Shown: piece after piece, positions 23,866-35,266 of the stretch | How the letters are laid out: each line of letters opens with the position of its first letter | How positions within the stretch are numbered: the stretch's first letter is position 1 | NCBI RefSeq assembly: GCF_006345805.1 | Contig: NC_042997.1 | Coordinates: forward strand, 47,616,001 to 47,680,000 | Direction of reading: 5' to 3' | From: Octopus sinensis | Taxonomy: Eukaryota | DNA: 64,000 nucleotides | Position numbers and translations under genes: made by a program | The notes under the pieces: model-generated | Told to the model about the DNA's origin: nothing | Databases searched by the model: none | The model's input: only the letters and a program-made list of their open reading frames with translations

Positions 23866-24444
23866 AATACTGGCGAAATTCTTAGCGGTATTTCGTCTGC
23901 GTTACGTTGTGAGTTCAAATTCCACCGAGGTCGACTTTGCCTTTCATCCTTTCGGGGTCGATAAATTAAGTACCAGTTACGCACTGGGGTCGATGTAATC
24001 GACTTAATACCTATGTCTGTCCTTGTGTGTCGCCTCTGTGTTTAGCCCCTTGTGTGTAATAAAGAAATAGGTATTTCGTCTGACGTTACGTTCTGAGTTC
24101 AAATTCCGCCGAGGTCGACTTTGCCTTTCATCCTTTCGGGGTCGATTAAATAAGTACCAGTTACGCACTGGGCTCGATGTAATCGACTTAATCCGTTTGT
24201 CTGTCCTTGTTTGTCCTCTCTGTGTTTAGCTCCTTGTGGGTAATAAAGAAATAGGTATTTCGTCTGCTGTTACGTTCTCAGTTCAAATTCCGCCGAGGTC
24301 GACTTTGCCTTTCATCCTTTCGGGGTCGATAAAGTAAGTACCGGTTACGCACTAGAGTAGATGTAATCGACTTAATCCCTTTGCCAGTCCTTGTTTGTCC
24401 CTTCTATGTTTAGCCCCTTGTGGGCAGTAAAGAAATAAGAAATA
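23866..24444 (+). mobile_element. Tandem trimer of SINE family A tail-A2 units
   Basis: Units 23887-24069, 24070-24253 and 24254-24437 (183-184 bp), each GGTATTTCGTCTG...AAAGAAATA. Confidence 0.93.
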
Positions 24445-24958
24445 TTGATGTGTTGCGAGACTTCTAATCAGACCATTAACGACTATTTGATCATATTTCG
24501 TTCAACATTGTGCTGGTCTAGTTTATTGCATCCTTTCTTTTATATCATTGCACTGAACATTTTTCTTGGCTCTCGTATTTTTGATACCTCTGGTGTTGAA
24601 AGTTAGTCTTCTCTCGCCAAAATAAAAAAGTAACAGCATTAATAAAATATCTGTATCTATGTAGATGCTTCTTCGATGGATTGATTTGCTTTTATTTATG
24701 CACTTCACGGGTAGGTAAGCTGCATTCTTTCTTTCGGTTCAGAAGAACAACGCTCTTAAGTAGGTCGGTGTTTGTTCACTTCCAACAGAATTTCAATCGA
24801 ATAGAGTCGATTCAGTCTGAGAAGTTGGTAACCAATCGTTCAAGACTTTTCCATTTCTTGTAAAGACGAATGCCATAGCTGGTCATGTATCATGTGTGAC
24901 TCTACCCGCAGTGTAATATAACTGATACAGTGAGTGTTTGAGAGAGAGAGAGAGAGAG

Positions 24959-25005
<47 letters not shown>

Positions 25006-25573
25006 AGTATCAGACCCAATACTTGAGTTTATACATCGACCCAAGAATATGAAAAGGAAAACTGAAGTTGGCTTCGAATACAGAACGCAGGAGTAAATAC
25101 CCCACGGTATTTTCGTCAATACTCATGATTCAGTTTTCAAGTTGAGTTCAGTTTAATATATTGAATGTCAAATCACATTTTCGTGAAGTTTCTACAATTT
25201 CTACGGGGAAATCACATTAATTAAATTTAAAATGCGCAATTTTTTCAGTTAAAACGTATTTTACTGACATTTAGTTGTCTGTCTTCTATTGGCAAATATC
25301 AAAAACTCAGGCAACAAAGCTGTCAACATTTTCGTATATTTAGGATTGTGACTAGAAAACATTAAATGTTGTTCCAGTGTTTACATAAACTTCAATATGT
25401 CTTAGTTGATTTATTGAAATCTGTGTGGTCATCTTAATACAACCGTACTTTAAGAATACCAGCGAAAAACGTCTTCCATATAAGTATTTGCAAAAAGTAA
25501 CATCTCTGTTGCAAGTAACCCTGATGATTTTCTGAAGATTCCACTTTACTGCTGCTACTGTTTATTGTTGTTG

Positions 25574-25629
<56 letters not shown>

Positions 25630-25631
<2 letters not shown>

Positions 25632-26170
25632 CATTATTGAGAGAGCAGTGCATGCCATCAAAGTGACACTGGGGTAAAATATACGAAGCCCAGCATACCC
25701 ATCATGACTACCCGTATGATAAGGGTACACCAGGCACATGTCTCACACCAAAATGTGCGCGTCACAGTGATCACATATCAAGACAAACAGCACATGACCT
25801 TGCAGGTGGGACCCAGTTAGAATTTTCTTCCTGTCGAGTAACCCATCCCGCTCAAAAGGTCCCTGAATAAGGGTTGTTTCAGGATGTTGAACGAAACACC
25901 TATGTTTCCAGAGGTGAATTATTTTAACCCCAAAGAATCCCTCTCAACACATGGCTATGATGCTCCCCCACTACTTCTGCTCGTGATCAGAGATGTACAC
26001 ATCATCAGACATTAAGGGACATGGTCAACTGGTTAAGGTCAAAGAACTGACAAGCAAATATGTAGCCCATCTGTTATATCAAGAAAAAACAATGTACATG
26101 ATAACACTTCCAATCAGTTAAGATCAGAAGCCACGAGAGCCACTGCCTGGTACTGCATCAGGGCATTCAA
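25630..26170. repeat. Unclassified ~540-bp GC-richer block between two (ATT)n tracts, probable interspersed repeat
   Basis: Sharp composition change, (ATT)n on both sides, no ORF. Only one copy in the window, so repeat status is inferred. Confidence 0.4.
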
Positions 26171-26187
26171 CTACATTATTATTATTA

Positions 26188-26233
<46 letters not shown>

Positions 26234-27043
26234 GGCGGAGAGCTGGCAGAATCGCTAACATGCCAAACAAAATGCTTAGCGGCATTCTGTCCGTCTTTAC
26301 GTTCTGAGTTCAAATCCCGTCGTGGTTGGCTTTGCTTTTATTCATTTCAGGGTTGATTTATTAAGTACCAGTTGCGTACTGGAGGCGATGTCATCGATTA
26401 GTCCCCTCTCCCAAAATGTCTGGCCTTGTGCCTTCAGTAGAAAGGATTATTATTATTATTAAGGCGGCGTGCTGCCAGATTCATTAGCACGCAAGGTGAA
26501 ATGCTTAGCGGTATTTCACTCGCTACTATGTTCTGAGTTCAAATTCCGCCGAGGTCGACTTTGCTTTTCATCCTTTCGGGGTCGATAAATTAAATACCAA
26601 CGATGTTTTAACTATCTACCTCCACTCAAATTCCACGCCTTGTGCCTCTGCTAGAAAGGGCTATTATTAAGGCGGCGTGCTGGCGGGATCATTAGCCCGC
26701 CAGGCAAAATACTTAGCGGTATTTCGTCTGCCGTTACGTTCTGAGTTCAAATTCCGCCGAGGTCGACTTTGCCTTTCATACTTTCGGGGTCGATAAATTA
26801 AGTACCAGTTTCGCACTGGGGTCAATGTAATCGACTTTGTCTGTCCTTGTTTGTCCTCTCGGTGTTTAGCCCCTTATTGGTAGTAAAGAAATATATATTT
26901 CGTCCGGCTTTACGTTCTGAGTTCAAAAGCCGCCGGAGTCAACTTTGCCTTTCATCCTTTCGGAGTGAATGAATTAAGTAGTAGTGAAACACTGGGGTCG
27001 ATGTAATCGACTAGTCCCTTTCCCACAAATTTGAGGCCTTGTC
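26234..27043 (+). mobile_element. Stack of same-orientation family A SINEs (26234, 26463, 26671; the last is an A2+A1 dimer)
   Basis: Three GGCGG.G.GCTG heads separated by short (ATT)n. The third reads head-body-A2 tail-AAAGAAATA|TATATTTCGTCC-body-A1 tail. Confidence 0.9.
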
Positions 27044-27856
27044 GTTGCAGTTGCTGCTGTTCTTATTATACAGGTGCAAGGAAGTAGCTCATCAACTCAC
27101 TACAGTGAATACATTTATTAATATAAGTGAAAAGCAGGAAACAGGCGAATTATGGAAGTTTCTAAATTAATAAATAGTACATTTGTGGGCGTATGTTTGG
27201 AATACATTAAAATAAATTGAATCAGGCTATGTGTTTGTGCGGAAATTCCTTATTAGTGTTTAGATTAATTCATATGCGCTCATAAACCCTTTTGTGAACG
27301 TGGGGTTCTCGAAAAAACAAACGGAGAGCTTGGGGTTTCATATTCTGATTTCCTACTCTGATAGAATGCTTAGAATATATAAGTGAGTTAAAAGTTATCT
27401 TTTACTTCTAGTTCAAACTTAATAAAGATGTTTGATTATCAAAACCTGGCAGCTACGACCATTTCGTAACTTCATATATCAGGAAAGATGTACTGTGTGT
27501 TTTTCAGCAGGATTTACGATGACTGTGGCTACTATGAGTAGCATGTCGAGTGACCAATTATATTCGTAGCCACGTGAAAATACTATTATTATGAAATGGA
27601 AGTGATGCAAATGCAATCGAAGAAGCACTACAATGGCAATATATCGTATCTTCCCCCTATTTCTGCATATATATAGATCACTATTTTGCTCGTAATCTGT
27701 GAAGAATCTTTCAATGAGCAGATGTAATAAAACCAAAATATATCCATTGATTTCACCTGTTACCTTACAGAATGAAATCCGCTTAAATTACTACATTTTT
27801 ATAGTCGTCAAAATCCAGTCAAATAACTCGCTTTAGATGCAACCAGTGCGGTGTAA

Positions 27857-28320
27857 GGATCTATTCGGTTTAAACGGCAGTTTTTTAAAATAATTTCCAC
27901 GTAACTAAACACTTTTAAACTTCGTATACTGGTAGAATGTGTCTATAAAACATCTTTTTCTCTTGGCTTTATTGAGAAAAGTCTATAGGTTGTAACATAT
28001 TTGTTGTTGTTTTTCTTCAATTTCTGCAATTTCAACCAATCAATGACGTCTATTGAGGTAAAACACATTCTTTGCCGTATGAATATGTCCCTCGTTTAAG
28101 AAACAGAATGGGTTTATTTACATTTCTGAAAAAAAAAAAGATACCCTTCCCCCCACCCCTAACCCTGACTAACCCTAACTAACCCTGACTAACCCTAACT
28201 AACCCTGACTAACCCTAACCCTAAAACAGATTGCAATAGATCGATACTAGGGTCATAATTATGGGTGACAATTTCATATGACACCGCTAGAAAAAACTGC
28301 CGTTCAAACAGAAAAGATCC
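27857..28320. mobile_element. Merlin-like MITE, copy 2
   Basis: TIRs GGATCTATTCGGTTTAAACGGCAGTTTTTT and AAAAAACTGCCGTTCAAACAGAAAAGATCC. 8-bp TSD CGGTGTAA / CGGTATAA (7 of 8). Internal AACCCT(G/A)ACT repeats. Confidence 0.85.
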
Positions 28321-29266
28321 CGGTATAATACTTTAAATCAGAAAGCTCGCATTTGTTCTTGTCAGGGGGTGGAGTGTGCTCAGCACTGTTCTCTTGTTTT
28401 TTTAACCAACAAACATATTAATGAGATCATTACCTCCCCCAGGAAGGTCTGCATAATCCCGGCTAATTGCAGTTTTCAACTTACTCTATTAAATATGTAA
28501 CACCTTACCATCTTACCACGATTTTGATTCCATTCTACAGAGAATACGAAAATCCGTTCAAAGGTATTAGTTGAAGTATGAGACACAGGTATTTATTTAA
28601 ATTATTTTTTCTAAAATGTTATGATTTGAAAATTAAACGAACACAGTTGAAGATTTATCGTGTAAAATGTTCACTGAAAATAATTTAAAATTTAAATACC
28701 TTAAATAAATTATTATCATGAAGTCAAGTCTTACAAATTGGGACAAGTAATCATTCAAACTGTCAGTTCACACATTTCATCTTTATTTAGTTTAAAGCAA
28801 ATTTCAAAACGATTAAATGAAAAGAGAATTAAATAGGGAAAAAAATCTATGAAAAATATAGTAGAAATGTATGAAAACAGATCAAAGAAAAAAAATATTT
28901 AAGGTTTTCTTCGGTGAGACGACGCAAGAGAATAGATTAATCTTTAAAATGTATGGTGCCAGTTTAAAAAATAGTAATTAGAACCCCACACACAATCTAT
29001 GACACACACACACGCACACACATACGAGCACCACACTACTATCTGTCAGCACCCGTCTCTTTCTTGCATTCTATTTATTCCTCTTCCCTCACTCTCCTTC
29101 TCTCCGTCTCTCAGGTTTTCTCACACATACAAATACAAACAAATGTATTTTATAGAATGAATGAATTTTTTCTTTCGTTCCTAACTTAAAATTGAAAAGA
29201 ATAAAATCGAAAGAATTTCTTCTCTGAATGATAAAAATATTCGCAGTAATAATAGTATTAGATAAA

Positions 29267-29318
<52 letters not shown>

Positions 29319-29711
29319 GTTTCAAATTTTGCTACAAGGGCAGCAGTTTTAGAGGAGGGGACAAGTTGATTTCATCGACCCTAGTTTTCTACTGGTACTT
29401 ATTTTATCGACCACGAAAGGATGAAAGGCAAAGTCGATCTCGGCGGAATTTGAACGTAGTGAGAGGCGAAATACCTATTTCTTTATTACCCACAAAGGGC
29501 TAATCACAGAGAGGACAAACAAGGACGGACAAACAGATTAAGTCGATTATATCGAGCCCCATTGCGTAACTTGGTACTTATTTAATCGAACCCGAAAGGA
29601 TGAAAGGCAAAACCGACCTCGGCAGAATTTGAACTCAGAACGTAACCGCAGACGAAAAACCGCTAAGCATTTCGCCCGGCGTGCTAACGTTTCTGCCAGT
29701 TCGCTGCCTTC

Positions 29712-29742
<31 letters not shown>

Positions 29743-30150
29743 AATAATAATAATAATAATAATCCTTTCTACTATAGGCACAAGGCATGGAATTTTGGGG
29801 GAGGTGCCCAGACGGTTAGATCGACCCCAGCACGCAACTGGTACTTAATTTATCGACCCTGTAATAATGAAAGTTAAAGTTGACCTTGAAGGAATTTGAA
29901 CTCAGGACGCTACGACGGGCGAAATACTGCTAAGCATTTCGTCCAGCGCGCTTACGATTCTGCCAGCTCGCCACATTCATAGTAATAACAATAAGCTTTT
30001 GTACTATAGACACAAGGACTGAAATTTGGGGGGAAGGTTTAAATCGATTACATTAACACCGGTAGCCGACTGATACTTAATTTAACGACCTCGAATGGAT
30101 GAAGAAAGGCAAAGTCGACCTCGATGGAATTTGAACTCAGGACTTAAAGA
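29319..30150 (-). mobile_element. Stack of family A SINEs (A2+A3 dimer 29319-29708; A1 29762-29975; partial 29993-30150)
   Basis: Reverse-complement bodies separated by (AAT)n; dimer junction GAAATACC|TATTTCTTT at 29475/29476. Confidence 0.9.
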
Positions 30151-30276
30151 CAACTGACATTTATATATTTAGTTATCACAAGGACCCGTTACTTTACAAA
30201 ACTTGTGGCAAAATGGAATACACATTTATATAGACATTTTAAACCAACGGCTAGGAGAAGGACTTCATACAATATA

Positions 30277-30280
<4 letters not shown>

Positions 30281-30359
<79 letters not shown>

Positions 30360-30366
30360 CTATATA

Positions 30367-30450
<84 letters not shown>
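30281..30450. repeat. (ACAT)n/(AT)n microsatellite
   Basis: Direct reading. Confidence 0.97.
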
Positions 30451-30803
30451 GTATTCTTAGAGTTATTTTCTACACTTGGAATATTAGAAATTTCTTTTAA
30501 GTTCTCTTTTTAACTTGGTAAATTATCTAAAATGTGAAATGTTTTGTTCGAAATATCATCTCTAACACTGTACAATTTTGTAGATTTTTACATTTTTGTA
30601 GATTTTTATATAATACTAAAAGTCTTTCTGAAGACTGGTTCAGAAACCTATCTTTACTGCTGTAAAAATTTACAAAAATGTACAGTGTTAGAGATGATAT
30701 TTCGAACAAAACATTTCACATTTTAGATAATTTACCAAGTTAAAAAGAGAACTTAAATGAAATTTCTAATATTCCAAGTGTAGAAAATATCTCTAAGAAT
30801 ACA
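30450..30803. repeat. Long near-perfect inverted repeat (arms ~145 bp, spacer ~65 bp)
   Basis: TGTATTCTTAGAG...CTAACACTGTACA mirrors TGTACAGTGTTAG...CTCTAAGAATACA; the ORF track gives the same peptides on both strands. Confidence 0.95.
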
Positions 30804-30810
30804 AATTCTT

Positions 30811-31170
30811 GTTTCAGCAAAAGGATCAAGCTGTGTTGCTAACATAAATGCATATTATCCGAAAAGAACTTTCAAACAACTTATGAAAGCAATTGACAGG
30901 GAGAATATACACACAGTTAAAGACTCTACAAAGAATTTCAATATAATGGATGCTACAGATAACATTGTTGAGTTATGAGTTGAAGTGAAGCCGTCAATTT
31001 AGAGTTGTTTCGAAAAATTATATATTGAAACTTTTCCAGAAGCAGAATGTATATATGAAATTAGAAAAGATATTGCGACACTTGCAAATGATGTACGGCT
31101 TGAAGAAGCCATAGGCGATGATGTGGTTGAGTGTCCAGTGTACAACAGACGATGTTTATCTACCGAGGAG
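30811..31170 (+). mobile_element. pogo/Tigger-family transposase remnant (DDE C-terminal part)
   Basis: FQQKDQAV (QPMDQGVI), then ANINAYYPKRTFKQLMKAIDREN..TVKD..KNFNIMDATDNI..L*VEVKPS matching Tigger-type AYYLRRTF...FWK.FNI.DA..NI..AW.EV; contains stops and a frameshift. Confidence 0.72.
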
Positions 31171-31840
31171 TCGATTCTGTCAGTACGAGAACAAGCTGAA
31201 AATGCAGATGGATATATGGAAATTCGACTGTCTCAACTTAAACTATCTGCGAAGAATAGCGGTAAAAATTTAACTCTGATATGGGTAGGTCTGCGAGTTT
31301 TGTGAATGTAGGATAAACGTTAATAAATATATAAATATATAAAAATATTACAATGCGAGCTCACTTCCTACATCAAGCTGTACAAAGCAGTGATGCGCAG
31401 TATACATTAAGCAACTTTGGATAAGTTCTCCTCGGAAACAGATTCTGATAATGATGAACCATAATAAAGAAGATGATGTCCCACTCTGTTATATTCATTC
31501 TACCATTGTTTCGCACAGTAGCCAACATCTTTTGCGGTACGAACATGTCCTATTACGTTCTTAACATAACCTAATGTTTTTACTTGTGACATATTTTTCT
31601 GCACACATATTACACTGTGTATATTTAGAAGTGTTTTCATAGATAAACGTGATCATGCTGCTTGTACATTTAACTTTGACGATATTATTAGTTACTTCTG
31701 GAAACTTTTTCGGAACACACCGGCTTTATAACATGAAAATCTATAAGAAAATCGATTTTCATCATGTGATGTCTCGTTACGACAAAATTTCAACGAACGC
31801 ATTTCGTTTGTAAAAGGAAAAATTCATTATATATATATAT

Positions 31841-32160
31841 AAAAGGACCCCACCCTCTGTCCATGAATGGCCATGGGATTGCACCTAGAAAGTTTCCCTC
31901 CGATGCACTAGCCTCTTATGGGAGACCAGCAGTCGCCCATGCATACCAATCTTCCTTCTCCACGCCACCGATGTTATCCAAGGAACAGACAAAGGCAAAG
32001 GCACCAGTGACGCCGCAACCCGCATCTACAGATGAGTGAACTGGAGCAAGGTGAGATAAAGAGTTAGCTCAAGAACACAACACACAGTCTAGTCCAGAAA
32101 TCGAACTCCCTACCTCATGATTGTGAGCCTGGCGCTCTAACCACTGAGACATGTACCTTC
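31841..32160 (-). mobile_element. CORE-like SINE family D
   Basis: Minus strand: TCAGTGGTTAGAGCG (A-box), GAGTTCGATTTC (B-box), GTGTTGTGTTCTTGAGC...CTTGCTCCAGTTCACTCATCTGTAGATG (CORE-like). Confidence 0.8.
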
Positions 32161-32994
32161 CCACACACATATACACATACATATTGGAGATAGATAGATA
32201 GATATTCAGTCTAGCTACATACATACATACATACATACATACACACATACACACATATATACATACATACATACATACATACATACATACATACATACAT
32301 ACATACATACATACCTGTAGAAGGAGCATCGTTTGCCCGACATCTTAGATATTCAGTTTCGCTTTGGTAGCAAATAAGTTTTTGTATTTAGTTCATTTTC
32401 TTTCTCATACACGAAGATAAAAATTGATAAAGAATGAATGAAACACTTATTATTTTAATAACTACATGAGAACGCGGAGTCTGTAAAAGAATATTACATA
32501 AATGTAACTCCTTGCATTTGCTGACTTTTTACCTCAGTCTCAAATGTGATCTATTTGAATGTTTCATTTCCTTATCTCTGAAAATGTTTGGATTAGTTTC
32601 GACTGTTAAATAGAAATACTTGTCCAATAATATTTTCTTTTAACACAAGGGAATAGTAAAAGTTGCAAACTGTCTTTTTCATTCCAATCCTTATCGCAAT
32701 CGACTGATATCAGCGACGAGGAAACCAAAGGGCAAACACATGATGTAATAATTTTAAGTGGAATATCAAAATTGAAAAGTTGAATAATATCTAACGTTAA
32801 AAAAAATATATATACACCATTTAAATAACTCATGGGAAAAGAAGAAACGTTATCCTTTCAATATTTCATTTTCTATTTCGAAATTAATTAAGAATTGCGA
32901 GAAGTCAGTCGTTTACATTCAGTTTGGCTTACATAACAAATTTCTCTATTCTTCTGTATAAATAAACTAATGTGATCGCATATATATATATATA

Positions 32995-33545
32995 TATAAG
33001 GTGTCAACCGATGGTGGTGGTGGTGGTGGTGGTGGTGATGGGCGACATACACAGACACACATATACATAAGTTGAAACAGATATTGTTATATTTCGGAAG
33101 GGTCCTTTTGCCAGTTTAGCCAATAAAAATACACGCACTATATATTTGGTGTTATTTTGCTTGAGTGTTATTTATTTTTTACATTAATCTTAATCTTATT
33201 TCGACCAGAGTTCTTTCGTCACACTCCTGTGACCGCATCAGTGGTCCTTTGTTTTCTTCTTTCTTATTTGTGTCTCTTCTTACTAACCGTCAGCCAATAG
33301 AAATACAAAATGGCTGACGGTTAGTAAAGAGAGACACAAATAAGAAAGAAGAAAACAAAGATTAATGTAAAAAATAAATAACACTGAAGCAAAATAACAC
33401 CAAATATATAGTGCGTGTATTTTTACTGGCTAAACTGGCAAAATGACCATTCCGAAATATAATAATATATATATATATATATACGTATGTATATGTGTGT
33501 CTGTGTATGTGCCCCATCACCACCACCACCATCGGTTAACAACTT

Positions 33546-33549
<4 letters not shown>
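32995..33549. repeat. ~550-bp fold-back palindrome with an asymmetric bulge, between (TA)n tracts
   Basis: Outer arms ~33000-33190 / 33361-33545; inner hairpin 33247-33296 / 33311-33360; unpaired segment 33191-33246. Confidence 0.95.
33203..33246 (-). ncRNA. Minimal type I hammerhead-ribozyme-like motif (one core deviation)
   Basis: Minus strand GACCA-CTGATG-CG-GTCACA-GGAG-TGTGAC-GAAA-G-AA-CTC-TGGTC. Stem I GACCA/TGGTC, stem II GTCACA/TGTGAC, short stem III, NUH triplet CUC. A9 is replaced by C with an extra G. Confidence 0.6.
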
Positions 33550-33678
<129 letters not shown>

Positions 33679-33710
33679 AATGTAATATGTGACAATTATC
33701 TGGTAGCCAT

Positions 33711-33771
33711 GATAAAACTCCAAATTTCGGATGTCGGGGTGGAATTCCACGCCGCCATCTCAACAGTTATC
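33711..33771 (-). ncRNA. Degenerate type I hammerhead-like motif
   Basis: Minus strand GATAA-CTGTTGA-[30-nt near-palindrome GATGGCGGCGTGGAATTCCACCCCGACATC]-C-GAAA-TTTGGA-GTT-TTATC. Stem I GATAA/TTATC; core A6 mutated to U. Confidence 0.4.
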
Positions 33772-33867
33772 CGGTCATCGAAAAAAATTCCTCTACTTGC
33801 ATAATATCGAGGTCTTTTTCATTCTTTGTTGTATTACCATTTCTATCAATATATATATACGACAGTC

Positions 33868-34022
33868 TTTTTTCAGATTCCGTCTATCAAATTGACTCAC
33901 AAAGTTTTGGTCGACCCGTGGCTATATTAGATGGCATTTGTCCAATGTGCTACGCAGTGGGAGTGATCGGGAACCATGTAGTTGGAATGCAAGGTTCTTA
34001 CCACATAGCCACTCCTGCGCCT
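33868..34022 (-). mobile_element. SINE family C, 5' half, degraded
   Basis: Reverse complement of ...ACTACATGGTTCCCG...TTGGACAAATGCC...GATAGACGGAATCTGAAAAAA. Confidence 0.75.
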
Positions 34023-34030
34023 ATATATAT

Positions 34031-34581
34031 TATGTCTTTATTGCCCACGGGCGGGGGCTAAACATAGAGGAGACAAACAAGGACAGACAAAGGGATTAAG
34101 TCGATTACATCGACCTCAGTGGGTAACTGGTACTTATTTAATCGACCCCGAAAGAATATAACGGCAGACGAAATACCTATTTCTTTACTACCCACAAGGG
34201 GCTAAACACAGAGGGGACAAACAAACAGATTAGTCGATTATATCGACCCCAGTGTGTAACTGGTACTTATTTAATCGACCCCGAAAGGATGAAAGGCAAA
34301 GACGACCTCGGCGGAATTTGAACTCAGAACGTAGCGGCCGATGAAATACCTATTTCTTTATTACCCACAAGGGGCTAAATCCAGAAGGGACAAACACAGA
34401 CAGACAAATGGATTAAGTCAATTATATCGACCCCAGTGCGTATCTGGTACTTATTTAATCGACCCCGAAAGGATGAAAGGCAAAATCGATCTCGGCGGAA
34501 TTTGAACTCAGAACATAACGGCAGTCGAAATACCGCTAAACATTTCGCCCGGCGTGCTAACGATTCTGCCAGCTCGCCACC
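34031..34581 (-). mobile_element. Tandem trimer of SINE family A tail-A2 units with a complete head
   Basis: Junctions GAAATACC|TATTTCTTT at 34177/34178 and 34350/34351; the 3'-most unit has an internal deletion. Confidence 0.92.
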
Positions 34582-35025
34582 ATCTTTGCAAATATGTATT
34601 TTTCTAAAGGATAGTTTTGCAAGTATGATATTGCAAAAAGTATGTTTTCAGATAAATTTCTGAAAATCTTTCACCACCACCGCAAGGTATCGTGTAGACA
34701 CTGTTCAATCTTGAAATGCTGTGCTAATCTGCTATGGACTCTCAAGAGAAGACGACATGCACCAGCGTTATGTATTGTGTGTGCTCTTTGTTAACCGTGT
34801 ATACTCCACGGAAAATTGAGATTCATACATTTATGACAACATATTTACCGTTTCAGTATAATGTAATTAAATCGAACTTCACATTTATATTCAGGATGAA
34901 ATTTGCAAACCTTGCATCTTTGTATCTCTTCTTTGTTCCTCTCCCTCCCTCCCCTTTATTTCTTTTTTTCTTTCTTTCTCTCCTTTTTTCTTCTCTATCA
35001 CCACATATTCTGCAGTTACTTGTAT

Positions 35026-35074
35026 ATCTTCTTCTTCTTCTTCTTCTTCTTCTTCTTCTTCTTCTTCTTCTTCT

Positions 35075-35121
<47 letters not shown>

Positions 35122-35130
35122 TTCTTCTTC

Positions 35131-35174
<44 letters not shown>

Positions 35175-35195
35175 TTCTTCTTCTTCTTCTTCTTC

Positions 35196-35266
<71 letters not shown>
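35026..35266. repeat. Long compound (CTT)n-(ATT)n microsatellite
   Basis: About 170 bp of polypyrimidine (CTT)n with a few CCT/CTC variants, then about 70 bp of (ATT)n. Confidence 0.97.

Noticed and set aside
23866-24444. CRISPR-like or satellite interpretation of the 184-bp tandem units
   Set aside because: Units are homologous along their whole length (no unique spacers) and match dispersed SINE copies; no cas genes; eukaryotic context.
30620-30655. Hammerhead in the spacer of the 30450-30803 palindrome (CTGAAGA...GAAACCTA)
   Set aside because: Stem II is only 2 bp, stem III is mispaired and there is no stem I.
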